Assembly (NCBI GenBank): GCA_002189035.1
Contig: NEEC01000017.1
Coordinates: 1,736,001 to 1,800,000 of the forward strand
DNA length: 64,000 nucleotides
Direction: 5' to 3'
Origin: Utricularia gibba
Lineage: Eukaryota; Plantae; Magnoliophyta
The position numbers and the translations under genes are program-made. Below are positions 44,401-57,185 of the stretch, one piece after another (the stretch's first letter is position 1; the number at the start of each line of letters is the position of its first letter). The notes below the pieces were generated by a model, which was given only the letters and a program-made list of their open reading frames with translations, was not told the DNA's origin and searched no databases.

Positions 44401-47083
44401 CGTACGTCGAAACCAAATATTCAGGATTCTGCTATTTCAATTCCAATTTTTCCTTTGGCTCTTTTATAATTCAGCTTCCAGAAAGCATGCCTTGTTTTCA
44501 TGATTGTGCTATGGTAATCTCGCCAGACTTCTGCCACTGGTGAAGGGTTCAAGCAAATTTCGTTGTCATTTATTGTTATTGTTATTTTTTTATCATCATC
44601 TTGTTTCATCATCATAATCAGGTCCTTATCACCGGCATGTTCCTCAAGAATGAGGCGGATTTATCGGAATCCAGATTTTCCATCATGTTTGGACAGGTGG
44701 AGGTTCCAGCGGAGGTTTTAGCAGATGGTATTCTTTGCTGCGCAGCTCCATATAGCAGCCCTGGATCTGTTCCTTTATATGTAACCTGTTCAAACAGGCT
44801 GGCTTGCAGTGAGATTCGGGAATTTGAATATAGGGCCAGAGTTGGACCAATGTCAAGCCCAATTGAAGTAGGAAGTGTAGCAGTGATGCATCTCTATCAA
44901 AGATTTGAGACGATATTGGGCCTAGAACCACATGGAAGTCCTCAAAGTTGCACTGGAAATGATGCTCAGGAGCAGATTATGAACCTTAGAATCATTTCCC
45001 AGGAGGAGGAAAATAGTCTTGAGAAAAGGATCACATCAGAAGATGATGTATTTCTTCTGGGAGATCTGCTCATTGAGAAGAAGCTAAAAGACAGATTCTT
45101 TGCCTGGATTCTTCTTAGAGTAGCTGAAGATGGGAAAGGGCTTACACTTCTTGACAAATTTGGTCAAAGTGCATTGCACCTAGCTGCTGCCCTTGGTTTT
45201 ATCTGGGCCTTCGAGCCGTTTATCATAGCAGGAGTTAAAATAGATTTCCGTGATAAGTATGGATGGACAGCACTTCATTGGGCTGCGTTTTATGGCAGGT
45301 AAACTCATCTTTGTTTATATAATGGGACCACTGGTTCTGAGAATAGTTAATCTGCTCCTATGGAAGTGAGCTCCTTCAGCCCAATGAATGCTGATATGCT
45401 TGAGTGTCCTACTGCTATATTTTAGTGTTTTCCCATCTGTGTTCGCTTAGAAGACGGTAGCTCTTGTTACTTAAGCAGTGCTTCCATTACATGTTTCCAC
45501 ATCACATGTTTTCTCTTTTCCATCGTGGGAAAGTTTTTATGTTTTTATAACTCCTTTTTTCCCGCTACTTTAATCAAGTAGATAGGGAAAATTATGTATC
45601 TTCTTGGGAAGAAAAGACATAAGCTAATGCTTATACTTGATAGGGAGGAGGCTGTCGCTGTTCTGGTTTCTCTTGGTGCAGCGCCTGGTGTTCTGACACA
45701 CCCATCTTCTGAATATCCACTATCCAGAACTCCTGCTGATCTGGCTTCTGCCAATGGACATAAGGGCATTTCTGGGTTTCTTGCGGAGATTTCTTTGACT
45801 ACTCATCTCTCTACTCTGAAAGTTAATGATGAAGGTACAACCTCAATATCTGATGTGAAAGCAGTTGAGACGCTTTCAGACCGGGTAGCTTCTCGTACAA
45901 AGGAAGATGATGTCCCAGATAAGCTCTCACTCAAGGATTCCCTTGCTGCGGTCTGTAATGCGACCCAGGCAGCTGCCCGCATTCACCAATTTTTCCGCAT
46001 TCAGTCATTTCAGAGAAAGCAGTTTCTTGAGAGGGAGTCCATTGAACTGCTGGATGCAGATAAACAAGCAGTAAGGTCTGGAAGGACATCCAGGCTCGGC
46101 CAGTCTTTTGGTAAGGCTAACGCTGCTGCCACCCATATTCAGAAAAAGTATCGTGGTTGGAAGAAGAGAAAAGAATTTCTTCTTCTTCGCCAAAAAGCTG
46201 TCAAGATCCAGGTTTTTCTACACTCCTAGTTCAAATTTGATACATAGAACTCTGTGAAGATTTAGAAACACAATTGCTTTCAAAAGTTTTGATATATGAA
46301 ACAGATGAAGGTGAACTTGAATCAGGTGTGTTTGGGGGAAATGCCATACTAAGCATCTGTGTGCCACAGAAAAATATAGTATATATACTTTGTATAATGG
46401 TGCTTTTTATCATGACATAAGCTTGTATTTTCTTTGAAAAGCATGTACCATCCGTAGAAGACTAATTTGAAATGCTTGTGACTTCAAGGCTCATTTTCGA
46501 GGCCACCAGGCAAGGAAAAAGCACAACATTATCTGGTCTGTTGGTATAATGGAGAAGGCAATTTTGCGCTGGAGACGCAAAGCAAGTGGACTGCGTGGAT
46601 TCCGGAATGAAGTCCCAACCGAGTCTACCATGGAAGGCAGCAGTACCACACTGCCGTCAGAAGAAGTATACGAAGTTCTCAAGGAGGGAAGAAGGCAAAC
46701 TGAGGTAAGAATGCAAAAAGCTCTTGACAGGGTTAAATCCATGGCACAGTACCCTGAAGCAAGAGCTCAGTACCGCAGGCTCCTCACTGTTGCTGAAGGC
46801 TTCCGCGAAGCCAAGGTAATTCATTCTTCCTGTAAAGCATTCTTTCACCAACTTGACATCCTTTATCACCCCAGTAATCACAAAGATGACCTTTTATTAG
46901 ACATCAGTTAGTTCATATCTAGCTTAACCAGACTTTCCTGATTGTTTCTTCAAGGATGCATCCGATGCCATGATCCTCGAGGCTCTGGAAGACATGAACT
47001 ACCCCGACTATCCCGACGATGATCTCTTCGACATTGCGAGTTTGTTGGAGGATGAAGCCTTCATGTCTCTAACTTATCAATGA
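41420..47083 (+). CDS. CAMTA: Calmodulin-binding transcription activator (CAMTA1/2-like): CG-1, TIG, ankyrin and IQ/CaM-binding domains; about 12 exons
   Basis: WLRPAEICEILRNY, LFDRKALRYFRKDGHNWRKKRDGKTVKEAHEKLK, LKKVDSFTRWMAKELGD, TCSNRLACSEIREFEY, WTALHWAAFYGR, IQKKYRGWKKRKEFL and IIWSVGIMEKAILRWRRK; stop at 47081-47083. Exon 1 (41420-41450) is inferred. Confidence 0.93.
41493..41505. repeat. Poly-G tract (13 G) in CAMTA intron 1
   Basis: Read directly; the length may be unreliable given the homopolymer errors elsewhere. Confidence 0.8.
42944..42964. repeat. (CT)n microsatellite in a CAMTA intron
   Basis: A run of about 10 CT units, read directly. Confidence 0.9.
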
Positions 47084-47820
47084 CATCTCATCGTGGTGAA
47101 TGCAGTTGATCCCTCAGAACTAGTGGTAAATAGTGAAGGTTGATGTTCAGCTTTCAGGTCATCTGTGTATAGCTTCTGATAATTTAACAGGTCCCTTACG
47201 TAAGTGCATTGGTTCTTCTGTCTTGCTGCCATGCCTTCACTATTTCAGACAGTGTGTTGATATGATGCAACTTTTATAGTGAACCTTTGAGATTGATTCA
47301 CAAGTGGCCATGGTTCAAATCAGAATGATCAAGATGAATTTATACCAAGAGTTTTGGATACGAGTGATGGAAATTAATCGTATTTGAATTAGAATTATGT
47401 GAATGAAGGATGGATAACTGTCATTGTCCATTTTAGATACTTAATTTTCATGAATTTACGTTTTTGTTATCTTTGGTTGAAACTTTAGGAATTCATTCAT
47501 TCGAAAGTTATTCTAAATCAAGTTTTCATTGAAAAATTTCATCGATTTAAACACGTTTTTTTCTTGTATTTATTTTGGATAATTTACATTCTCCCTTGAT
47601 GGTATTGTATAATATGTTTTTAAGGGTGAGGAAGTCTAACTCAACACATTATATTGTACAATAAAGGGCTAATTTGTCTTTTCATGATTGGTAAACAGTG
47701 CTCAACATTAAATAGTTGAATTTGCGCTTCACGCGGGGGCTACCGCATGTTTTCTTCATAATCTCGAAACGTCGTCGTTTTCTTCACCCTCCATTTTTGG
47801 CATTTTCCTCTGTCCATCAC

Positions 47821-50144
47821 ATGGAGAGTGTCGCCCTCTTCTCTCCGTCAACCTCCGCCGTGCCCCGCCTCTCTATCTCCACTCTCCGCCGCAGGATCAC
47901 ATTCTCGGCACTTCCTCTCCGCCACTCAAATTTCACCGCCTCTGGAATCCTCCGCCATTCGCCTAAATCCCCACTCTTCCATCCACTCAGAACACCACGG
48001 AATAGGCGTATCTGGAAACACAGCGCTGCCGCCGGTAGCCAAGATCCTCCACCGCCGCCGCCGCCGCCGCAAGGTGCCAAGCCTATACCGTTATTGATCT
48101 CCGTTATCATCGGAGTCGCGACTAGATTCTTTATCCCAAGGCCTCCAGAGGTTACATTGCAAGCGTGGCAATTGCTCTCGATTTTCCTCTCAACAATCGC
48201 TGGCCTCGTTCTCAGTCCGCTCCCAGTTGGTGCGTGGGCTTTCATCAGCCTTACAACCGCTGTTATTACCCAAACGCTGTCGTTTGCGACAGCTTTCTCG
48301 GCGTTCACAAATGAAGTTATATGGTTGATTGTTATTTCCTTCTTTTTTGCCCGGGGTTTTGTGAAAACTGGATTGGGAGATAGGATTGCAACGTATTTTG
48401 TGAAATGGTTGGGGAAGAGCACTCTTGGGTTGTCGTATGGGCTTACACTGAGTGAAGCTTTGATTGCTCCGGCGATGCCGAGCACCACCGCGAGAGCTGG
48501 GGGAGTGTTTTTGCCGATTATCAAGTCGTTATCTTTGTCGGCTGGGAGTAAACCTGGGGAGGCTTCAAAGAAGAAGCTTGGTTCTTTTCTAGTGCAATCC
48601 CAATTTCAGGTGTTCCTTTTTATCTTCAACTTCAATGTTTCTTTCTTCCTAATCTGGGTCTGTGAAGAGCATGCTCTTTTTAAGATTGCTCATTCAACTT
48701 TCCATGGTTTTCCGAAGAAATTGCCCATATTCTCACACAACAATTCTTTTTCAATCCGTGCAATCTATATGTGAATCGGCACTGTTTTGGAAGTGCTTTT
48801 TAATAAAAGAATCTGCATAACTTCTGGGCAATTTGGTTATAAATAGCAAGATAGTTTAGCAGCTAGTATGACGATGATTTGAGTTCTTTTGGGAATGTTT
48901 CTGCCTGGTGATAATGAACTACATTTGATTGCATGTACCATTTTCCTCCGATAATGTAGAAGAAAGACTTGCACTTTCTACTACTCATATTACTTACTCT
49001 CTCTTTCGTCTGCATTGCTCATACCTTGGCTGCACAGTCTGCAGGTAATTCCAGTGCTCTTTTCCTAACTGCTGCGGCTCAAAATCTGCTATGCCTCAAG
49101 CTCGCAGAAGAGCTCGGAGTTATGATCCCCAACCCATGGGTTACTTGGTTCAAGGCGGCTAGTTTACCTGCCTTTGTATCCCTTCTAGCTACTCCCGCAA
49201 TATTATACAAACTATATCCTCCGGAGACGAAAGATACACCTGATGCACCTGCTTTGGCTGCAAAGAAATTGCAAAGCATGGGCCCTGTGTCAAAGAATGA
49301 GTGGATTATGATTGGCACGATGCTCCTTGCAGTTTCTCTATGGGTGTTCGGGTACGTAAATCCATTTACTATGTTACTGTGAATACGCTGATGACCCTTG
49401 AAACTGCTACTAGACGCTTTTTGGGTAAACAACACTACTATCACATTCCTTTTTCCATTGTGTCCTGTGATTCTTCATTGAGTTCATCTTATATGAGATC
49501 ATTTCTTCCAGAGATGCCATTGGTGTTGCAAGCGTTGTGGCTGCAATGCTTGGATTATCTATACTCTTACTCTTAGGGGTTCTGGATTGGAACGACTGCC
49601 TAACCGAGACATCTGCATGGGATACCTTGGCCTGGTTTGCAGTTCTAGTTGGCATGGCTAGCCAGTTAACCAACCTCGGCATTGTCCAATGGATCTCCAC
49701 CTGCGTAGCCAAATTGCTGCAGTCTTTCTCATTGAGCTGGCCGGTTGCGTTCGGCGCTCTACAGGCGTCATACTTCGTGATTCATTACCTGTTTGCAAGC
49801 CAAACCGGCCATGTTGGTGCGCTCTACTCCGCATTCCTGGCGATGCATTTGGCTTCCGGGGTGCCTGGCGTGCTAGCAGCATTGGCTCTCGCCTATAACA
49901 CCAATCTGTTCGGGGCCTTGACACACTACAGCAGCGGACAAGCTGCTGTCTACTTTGGAGGTACGCTTTCCATATCCCACCTCCCTGTAAACTCTGGGTC
50001 TGCGCTTAATCGTGGTGTGCTTGTGCAGCCGGGTACATTGATCTTCCAGACATATTCAAGTACGGGTTCATCATGGCGGTTGTCAACGCAGTGATCTGGG
50101 CAGTTACTGGTGCATTCTGGTGGAAGTTTTTGGGGCTCTACTGA
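47821..50144 (+). CDS. DiT2: Plastid dicarboxylate transporter DiT2 (glutamate/malate translocator); 4 exons
   Basis: Ser/Arg/Pro-rich transit peptide, then APAMPSTTARAGGVFLPII, FLTAAAQNLLCLKLAEELGV, HYLFASQTGHVGALY, LTHYSSGQAAVYFG and FWWKFLGLY*. Confidence 0.94.
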
Positions 50145-50852
50145 TGCAACCAGAACAAACCATAATACATCACTGAAGTTTAAGTTGAAGCTAATGCAAG
50201 TGCTGATGAGCTGGTCAACTTTCTATTTCCCATCATCTTATTTCAAATGTAAAAAAGCTTGTTTAACAGCATGCCCAGGTTGACTAGCTGCAGCCAAATT
50301 GGCATGGCAATAACCTTGTTTTCTGGTTCAGATTCTTGTAGCACCAGGATGTTTCTCAGATGAGATGAAACACAGGTTCAAAAGTTCCTCCTTTTTATGG
50401 AATTTACAAGTGCTTTCTTCAATGTTTGCCCATAATTTTCATACCTTCTGAATCTGGTAAAAAAAAAAAGCGAAGCTCATCTCATCCCATCCATGGCGAT
50501 TCATTTCTCAAGAAAAGGAGGGGGTGGGGGGCCTCAATGGCTCTGGTTTTCCAAATGGTGTAACCGCAAAACACTTTTAAGAGGTAATCATCATTCACAC
50601 ATGTCAACAGCAGACCGCCCCTTTGATCCCCATTATCCCCGACTTTATTCACCCACGAACGTCTGTCATTCCGACAGGAAAACATAATCCCTAATCAACA
50701 CACATTGCTTGGAATGCAGTAAAGAACTGACCTTTCCAGACTCCGGCGATGTTTAGGCGGTGGTGGTGAGCGCCGATGTTCTTATTCCAACACACGGATA
50801 AGCATTTACAGGGGTTACCGATTGGAGACGACTCCGTACCGGTGTCTGATCC

Positions 50853-51878
50853 TCAGGCGTAGGTGGTGGCGGTGGTGGACTTCAATCTAAGGGCTTCCAC
50901 TTGGGCTTTCATAGACTTCAAATAGACTATTGCCTTGTTGATGATGAAGAGCGGATCCTGGGTGTTTAAATCAGGGACGATGGTCTGAAGAAGTTTCAGT
51001 GCTTGTTCAATTTTGATCCTCTTCCCTGCGTGGGTCGGATTGATATCATCATCATGTACACACGCATCCCCGCAGCTGCTGGAAGCATCAAGATTCATAG
51101 GGCTCCTGCGGGTATCCAGTGATGGTTCTGTGCAACTCCCATCAAGCAGTCTTCGCCTTTTAAGCAATCTATCAGGGATTCCGGCCTCGCCTCTGAAGTC
51201 CTGGAATGAAACATACTGATGACACCCACTTTCTGTGATTAACGGGAAGTGCTCTTTGCTGGTAACCTCATCTTCATCACTACTCTCGTCGCTATCGGAG
51301 TAAAGCAGAGCATTGATTTCCTCGGCATCTTCTTCCATTTTGCTCTCCTCCTCGGCCAAGTCATTTTCATCCCATGTTTCATGATTGGGTTGTGGATTCA
51401 CCAGAGCAGCAACATCTTCACAAAGGAAGCTTGCACCAGCAGCAGCAGCCACAGAGGAAGAGGTCTTACCTTGCGGATTGAAAGGACTAAAGAACAATGA
51501 CGTTTTATCACCAGACTGATCAAAAATAAGAAACCTCTTATCAGAACTGATGCAAGCATCAACATGGTTAGCTTGTACTCCAGAGCTGTAGTCCCAAATG
51601 AATTGTGAGCAACAGACAGCTTCATGTGCACCAGGGAAACTGTAGGGTACAGGTAGTGGTTTCGAACACCCACTAGCCTCATCTCCTGTGACTGTGTTCA
51701 AAGCATGCAAATCAAAAGTAGCTCCCCCAGGAAAACCAACACTTGCAGTACCCACAGAAGGGAAAAATGATTGCAAATTATAATCTTTGTCGAGTTGGGG
51801 CACAGCAATATCATTCAAACAGGAATACTTTTCAGCACTTAGCAGCTTATCAGTAGCAGATTTGTGGAAAGTGTTCAT
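50853..51878 (-). CDS. SACL: SAC51/SACL-family atypical bHLH transcription factor (bHLH142-145 group), intronless main ORF
   Basis: KRFLIFDQSGDKT, acidic EEDAEEINALLYSD...DEVTS and a C-terminal HLH IEQALKLLQTIVP...IINKAIVYLKSMK. The family-diagnostic uORF lies upstream. Confidence 0.9.
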   Translation of the reverse strand: MNTFHKSATDKLLSAEKYSCLNDIAVPQLDKDYNLQSFFPSVGTASVGFPGGATFDLHALNTVTGDEASGCSKPLPVPYSFPGAHEAVCCSQFIWDYSSGVQANHVDACISSDKRFLIFDQSGDKTSLFFSPFNPQGKTSSSVAAAAGASFLCEDVAALVNPQPNHETWDENDLAEEESKMEEDAEEINALLYSDSDESSDEDEVTSKEHFPLITESGCHQYVSFQDFRGEAGIPDRLLKRRRLLDGSCTEPSLDTRRSPMNLDASSSCGDACVHDDDINPTHAGKRIKIEQALKLLQTIVPDLNTQDPLFIINKAIVYLKSMKAQVEALRLKSTTATTYA

Positions 51879-52089
51879 CTCAGCAATGCAAACAACCTGG
51901 AGGAAGAAAGAATGTCTTGAGTTCGAGCTTCAAAACACATCAAGAAATAAATTGTAAATAGCCGTGTGTACCATTCACTTCACTAATTTGTTCTCCAAGC
52001 CGACTACTTTTGGATATGCCGAAAGAAACAACAAAAAGTAAGGGAATATATCTGTAGCGTGATATAAGAGCTGGCAACGTGACCCACGT

Positions 52090-52317
52090 CTACGTAACTG
52101 GCTTCAGCAAGTGACGGAAATACTCAGCCTGGAAAATAATAGCAGCTAATAAGCAACGCTTGAGTTGAGAAGTGGGGGAGTTCTACAAACTTACTTGACA
52201 ATTCTCCATAGGGTGAAAGCATGCAATAACTCTAACAACAATTGTGGTTCTCTCAGAAATCACATTCGCGTGCTTAAGATCCCTGAATCTTGTCTTGTTT
52301 GCTCCTCGGCACACCAT
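52090..52317 (-). CDS. Conserved-peptide uORF of the SAC51-like mRNA (53 aa, spliced: 52317-52195 + 52128-52090)
   Basis: Manual translation: MVCRGANKTRFRDLKHANVISERTTIVVRVIACFHPMENCQAEYFRHLLKPVT*, across a 66-nt GT-AG intron. The ending CQAEYFRxLLKPVT is the known SAC51/SACL uORF signature. Absent from the ORF track. Confidence 0.92.
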
Positions 52318-53664
52318 AACTGCAAGCTACACCAAAATATATGCTTCGGAAGGAAACCAAGGTAGTCAATCAAGAAAGAGTATCACTGTGGTGAAAAAGG
52401 TGATAAGAAAGAAAGTAATCAACTTCGGTGGTACACTAACCGGCACTGGAAATGCTTCTGTCTGTTGAGACTTTATAGAATATAGAAAAAGCAAGCAGCG
52501 AACGGAAAGTGACTAGATCCCATGGATGGATGGCTAAGAAACAAAAAAGATGGACGATGACTACCTCAGGATTCTATGAAATATACCTGCAGCAGAAACA
52601 TATCAATACAAAAACTCAGACACTGCAAGCACTTGTATCCATGGAGTTGAAATCATAAGTAGACCAAAGATACAAATGAAAGACATGCACAGGCCGAAAT
52701 ATGAAGAAAAAAGGGCAAGTCATTAAAAGATAAGCTTCTTATACAAATAAACTATAAAGTGTATCTCAAAGCATATTGGGTACACCCATTTGATTATTTT
52801 AGAATGATTAACATCATCTCGATTAGCAGGCAGATTCTGCTTCTAATCTCAAGTTTGAACACAGTTTCCAAAAAAATCTGCGCCTAAAAACTAAATGAAG
52901 CGTCTGAAAAAAATGTCAAGCCCAAAAATGATGTTACCCTAGATGAACTCTAAACCCTTAAAATTCTTCTCGGAAAAGATTAGTACATCCGCTGGGGTTG
53001 AAAAACACAACCGTAGAAAAGCAAGCGACGCAACAAATTCTAATCACATCATGCGAACTTCTACAAACCGTTCCAAAATAAAAAAAAATACAAAAAAGTT
53101 GTCGCTGGACCGCTAAAGCACAAAGCTCACTCATGGAGACAAACGATTCTTCTCAAAATTCGGTAGAAAGAGTCTTCCCCAATAAAAAGTAATCCCGTTA
53201 GCACAAAAGAAAAGGGATCAAAAACCACGCGAATGGTAAAAACAATGGAATCTCTCAGACTTCAATGACTTGAAGGTTCACAGATCAAGAAAAATAGAAA
53301 CTTTACCGAAGAAAAGGAAGGAGAGTGCGGAGGAGAAAGTGCGGTTCCTGGAAATTGGCAGAAGAAAAGCGCGAAGACCGGGGTAGTATATTCGCATTTT
53401 CCAATTATATTTTTTATATTTTATTATTATAAATTTGTCACCAATTAATATATTTATTTACAATATTACTCTACCATTTCTACTCAAACAACCAAAGAAA
53501 TAATGAATAAATCGTAATATTAAATAAAAAAATTAACGAAATTCAACTTTTTGGAAAAATAAAAAATAAAAAATGTTTAAAATAAGGATTTAGTATAAGG
53601 ATAATTTGGAAAATCAGTATATTTAAGGAGCTTAAATGACGATATTGCCCTTCCCTACATCTAG

Positions 53665-53740
53665 ACCGCGCGTGCACGTGTGCTGTTTCTTTGCTTATTT
53701 TATCTTCTGTTTTTGACATTCTCATGCTTGGCTGACGTCA
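53665..53740. promoter_or_regulatory. Motif cluster (CCGCGC, G-box CACGTG, palindromic TGACGTCA) upstream of the SACL leader
   Basis: CACGTG at 53675-53680 and TGACGTCA at 53733-53740 lie in a GC island within AT-rich spacer, about 300 nt above the inferred first leader exon. Motif presence only. Confidence 0.4.
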
Positions 53741-53965
53741 TTCATCACTACTGTAGGAAACAAGGGATGAGTCCTTGGAAATGAAGCAAAATGGGAAGAG
53801 GATTCCATGTTTATTCAAGATGCAGGCCATGGTCCATGGACACTGCTTTAAACAGAAAGCTCAGATTACCAAACAAGCATGATCTTCAGGTTCACAGAAA
53901 GGACTCCCATCATTTGCTTCATGGAATCAAACAGACTAAGCCTGCCCAATAAGAGACAATATCCA

Positions 53966-54974
53966 TTACTCAGCCTTCAGGACTTCGATCTCGAAATCCA
54001 GAACTGAGTTTGGTTGAATCCCCCATGCTGGGAAGCCACCTGCACCATAGGCATAATCTGGAGAGCACTGCATTGGGTTGGGACATGTGGTTATGTGTTG
54101 GCCATTGAGGAAATCATACTCAGGGAATGAAAAATAGAGGGTTCATTAAATTACTCGCAGTCGAGCAACTTCTCCTACTTGCATCCCCAGGACACCCTCA
54201 TCCCATCCTGCAAAGAGGTGATGCCGGAATGATTTCAAAGGGGAGAATGTTATGGCGTACGGAGCGAATAAAGCCATCATTGTGATGAATCAGGAATTAG
54301 GCTTCCCTGACTAGTAACAGCCACAAGATGAAGACAGGAACAAAACGAGCGTGCAAAGATTACTCAACAAAACGACACTGTGTGCTAAAAGATCAGAGGC
54401 ATGCATTTCCTGTACGTCCAACCCAGATATAGAAACACATTGGAAAAGCATAAACATCGACAAGTACAAATGCTGTGTCTCCCACCATCTACCGCTTACA
54501 CTGTAGAATTACGGAAGGTCTTGTTTTTTTCTTGGTAAATACCAAACCCACCACAATGGCCACAGTAAAAATACTTCCCAAACGCCATTACTGAACAATT
54601 TAATACACTTAGGCAGAAAAGAAGCAACTCATCTGAAAATGACACTTCAAAAACAATCCCACGGCAAGAAATTAAAACCAGAAACAAAGAAATGAGGAAT
54701 GAAACCTTTTATGACTTTGCCTAATCCAATCTGGAAAGTAAACGGCTGTTGCCCTGCATCCTTGGTGCTGTCATCACAATTCATAACCATAAAACATCTT
54801 TTTTAAGAAAAACACCGGCAACAAAAGAGCAGACAGAAAACTAACTACAAACCTCCAAAATTTCTGCGACAAATCGCCATTTTTTCCAAATCCAGTGCAG
54901 TGAACGGTAACCTTCTGCCCAACGACAGGCTTGGCGCCGTTACCAGCTCTCAAAAGTTCCTTCTCAAATCCCAT
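53966..54974 (-). CDS. FKBP12: FK506-binding protein 12 (peptidyl-prolyl isomerase); 4 exons
   Basis: Spliced [112 protein letters not shown]. Confidence 0.95.
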
Positions 54975-56213
54975 TAGCTCGATCTACCGTATTCTGCTCC
55001 ACTGCTCCTCGAACTCCGAGTTTAAAATTGGGCTGAGGGTTTTGATTTCTAGTTTCCGCTTTTCACTGTCACACTTTTCATTTCTACCTTTAATGGGCTC
55101 GTTTATTTCATTGGGCCGGAGAACAAAGTTGGATCGGAGCCAGAAGTCTGATCAATAGCTTGTGGTGTGCATCTAAGCCCTAACCAATGTCCGACCCGAC
55201 CCTTCCAAAATTTCGGGTATGGGGCAAAGCTTATGTAATAATTTGATTTCTAAACAAGATAAACAGTATTTTAAAAAAATTTTAGAATATATTTTTAATT
55301 TTAAAAATAAAAATTATTTATTTACAGAATATCATTTATTTTTAATTTTATTTTTATCAGAAATATTGTAGAATCTATATGGGGTATATACTAATAGCAA
55401 AAGTGAATTAATCATCATTTCTTATATCTATCTTCATCTCAAAAATAGTTTTTCAGAATATCTATTTTTACTTTATTTTTGTAATATAAAAAAGTAAATA
55501 TAATTTTTAAAATTTCAATCTAAATATTTTTTTATTAACAGATATTTTTTTAATATTTGAAAAAAATATAAATATCTAATTTTTAATTAAAAAAATTTAA
55601 AATAGCATCTATCTTATACAAAACTTAAATGATTGAATAAAAAAATATGTATTTATAATAATTTAAACTTTCAAAAATATATTGATATCACTAATTTATA
55701 TTTATTGATATTTCATAAACTATATTTTTTTTAATAATTGTGATAATGAATATTCGATTTGTATGAATTATCCATATTTAACAGATTTTAAATAGCAAAA
55801 AAGTTCAGCCCAATCACTTTTGAATCTAGAAAAAAAAGATGTCCATCATCTCCAAGTATTTTGTAACCAAAACATTAGCTATTAATCAATTCAATTCCGA
55901 AACCCGATTGTTAATTTTGGTTTTGGATTACTATGATTTTTATACTTATTTCGGAAAAATTTCATCAATGGGTACTCGTATGGGTTGAAAATTTTAGTCA
56001 AGGTTGTGCTTAGAGAAACATATTGTCATATAAGATATGCAGCAAGAAAGGGTTACAAATGAGTGACTCTAATGCAAACCAATCCCCTTAACGCATATAC
56101 ACACACCACAACACACACATTAAAACATTTATTTTTGACCCAATAAGACAAGTAAACTACCACATGGCACACGACTCGCACGACACGCGACACGCGACAC
56201 AGTTGATGACCTT

Positions 56214-56606
56214 TTAAGGGGCGGTAGGGATCTCCGGTGCAGGATAAATGTGGTAGGGGCGAGCATTGCGAGAATTACCCGCAGGGTAAACGGGTCCCGG
56301 GTAATAACCGGGTACGCCGCCAGTCGGACCTTGGTAATATGGAGGGAAGAAAGGGTATATTGGCGGGAACCCGTACCCGTACCCGTACCCTGGGAAAATT
56401 GATCCGGGGTATCCGCCTCCGGGGTAAGCGCCTCCGGGATAACCTCCATAAGGATACGCCGTTCCGGCGCCGGGGTACACGTTACCTGAGTCGATGGCTC
56501 CGTGCTCGGTCGTGGAGGGATTGCCGGGCCCGTCGCCGGCGGCTGAGACTGAAAGCGAAACCGCCATGAGGAGGAGCAGAGCTAGGAATAGGGAGCGGCA
56601 AGCCAT
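56214..56606 (-). CDS. Putative secreted 130-aa Gly/Pro/Tyr-rich protein with YPG repeats (cell-wall-type, no recognised family)
   Basis: Clear signal peptide MACRSLFLALLLLMAVSLSVSA, GC-rich coding island in AT-rich DNA, repeats YPGAG/YPYGG/YPGGA/YPGGG/YPGS/GYGYGYG/YYPGPVYP, and TATA-like TATAAG about 50 nt upstream. Confidence 0.72.
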   Translation of the reverse strand: MACRSLFLALLLLMAVSLSVSAAGDGPGNPSTTEHGAIDSGNVYPGAGTAYPYGGYPGGAYPGGGYPGSIFPGYGYGYGFPPIYPFFPPYYQGPTGGVPGYYPGPVYPAGNSRNARPYHIYPAPEIPTAP

Positions 56607-57185
56607 CTCTGAAACTGGGAATTGTGGTGAGTGGAGAAATGGGGAAGTGGAGTTCTTATAGATGCAGTAGCTTGATCTTACTTTTTCATGCAAGTTATGA
56701 ATGCCGCTGATGTAGCTCCAGTTCGACAGTCCTAGGTTGCAATGATCAGCGAGTTATTACTTCCTTGAACCAACATGCAGTTCAACTGTACATCTGTTGC
56801 GTCATAGGGGCTGGGCTGGTAATCCTTGGAAGCTACAACCCATAATGCAGCTAACCTGCCCAGGCGGTTGAGTCATTGTTGAAGACAGTGACAAATCAAC
56901 CAGAAGTGAAGCAACTTCTACTTGTTCAAGCGTGCAATAACTAGCTGATGGGGAGAACTGAAATGAAGGGGGTAATCACCACCTTTCATACCAGACACCA
57001 AAACCAAAGGGGAGTATTCCAATGCCTTTTTTCTCATTGGAAGGAGCTCATAAAGTGGCAGCAGCATCGATTCCTGCTTGATCGATGAGATTCAGTATCC
57101 AAGTAGCCGCAGAGCAAGGACATTGTACATTCTCGCAGAGGCCAACGATGGAGAAGAAAATATAATGATATATGGTCACCAACTA

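Noticed and set aside
47817-48524. 235-aa antisense ORF over DiT2, and similar long antisense or alternative-frame ORFs over the zinc-finger gene, BXL, CML, MRS2 and DnaJ
   Set aside because: These are shadow ORFs expected opposite GC-rich coding exons and show no recognisable domains.
52473-52523. 16-aa uORF MGSSHFPFAACFFYIL in the SACL leader
   Set aside because: It probably lies inside a leader intron (donor about 52564, acceptor about 52462) and I do not recognise it as conserved.
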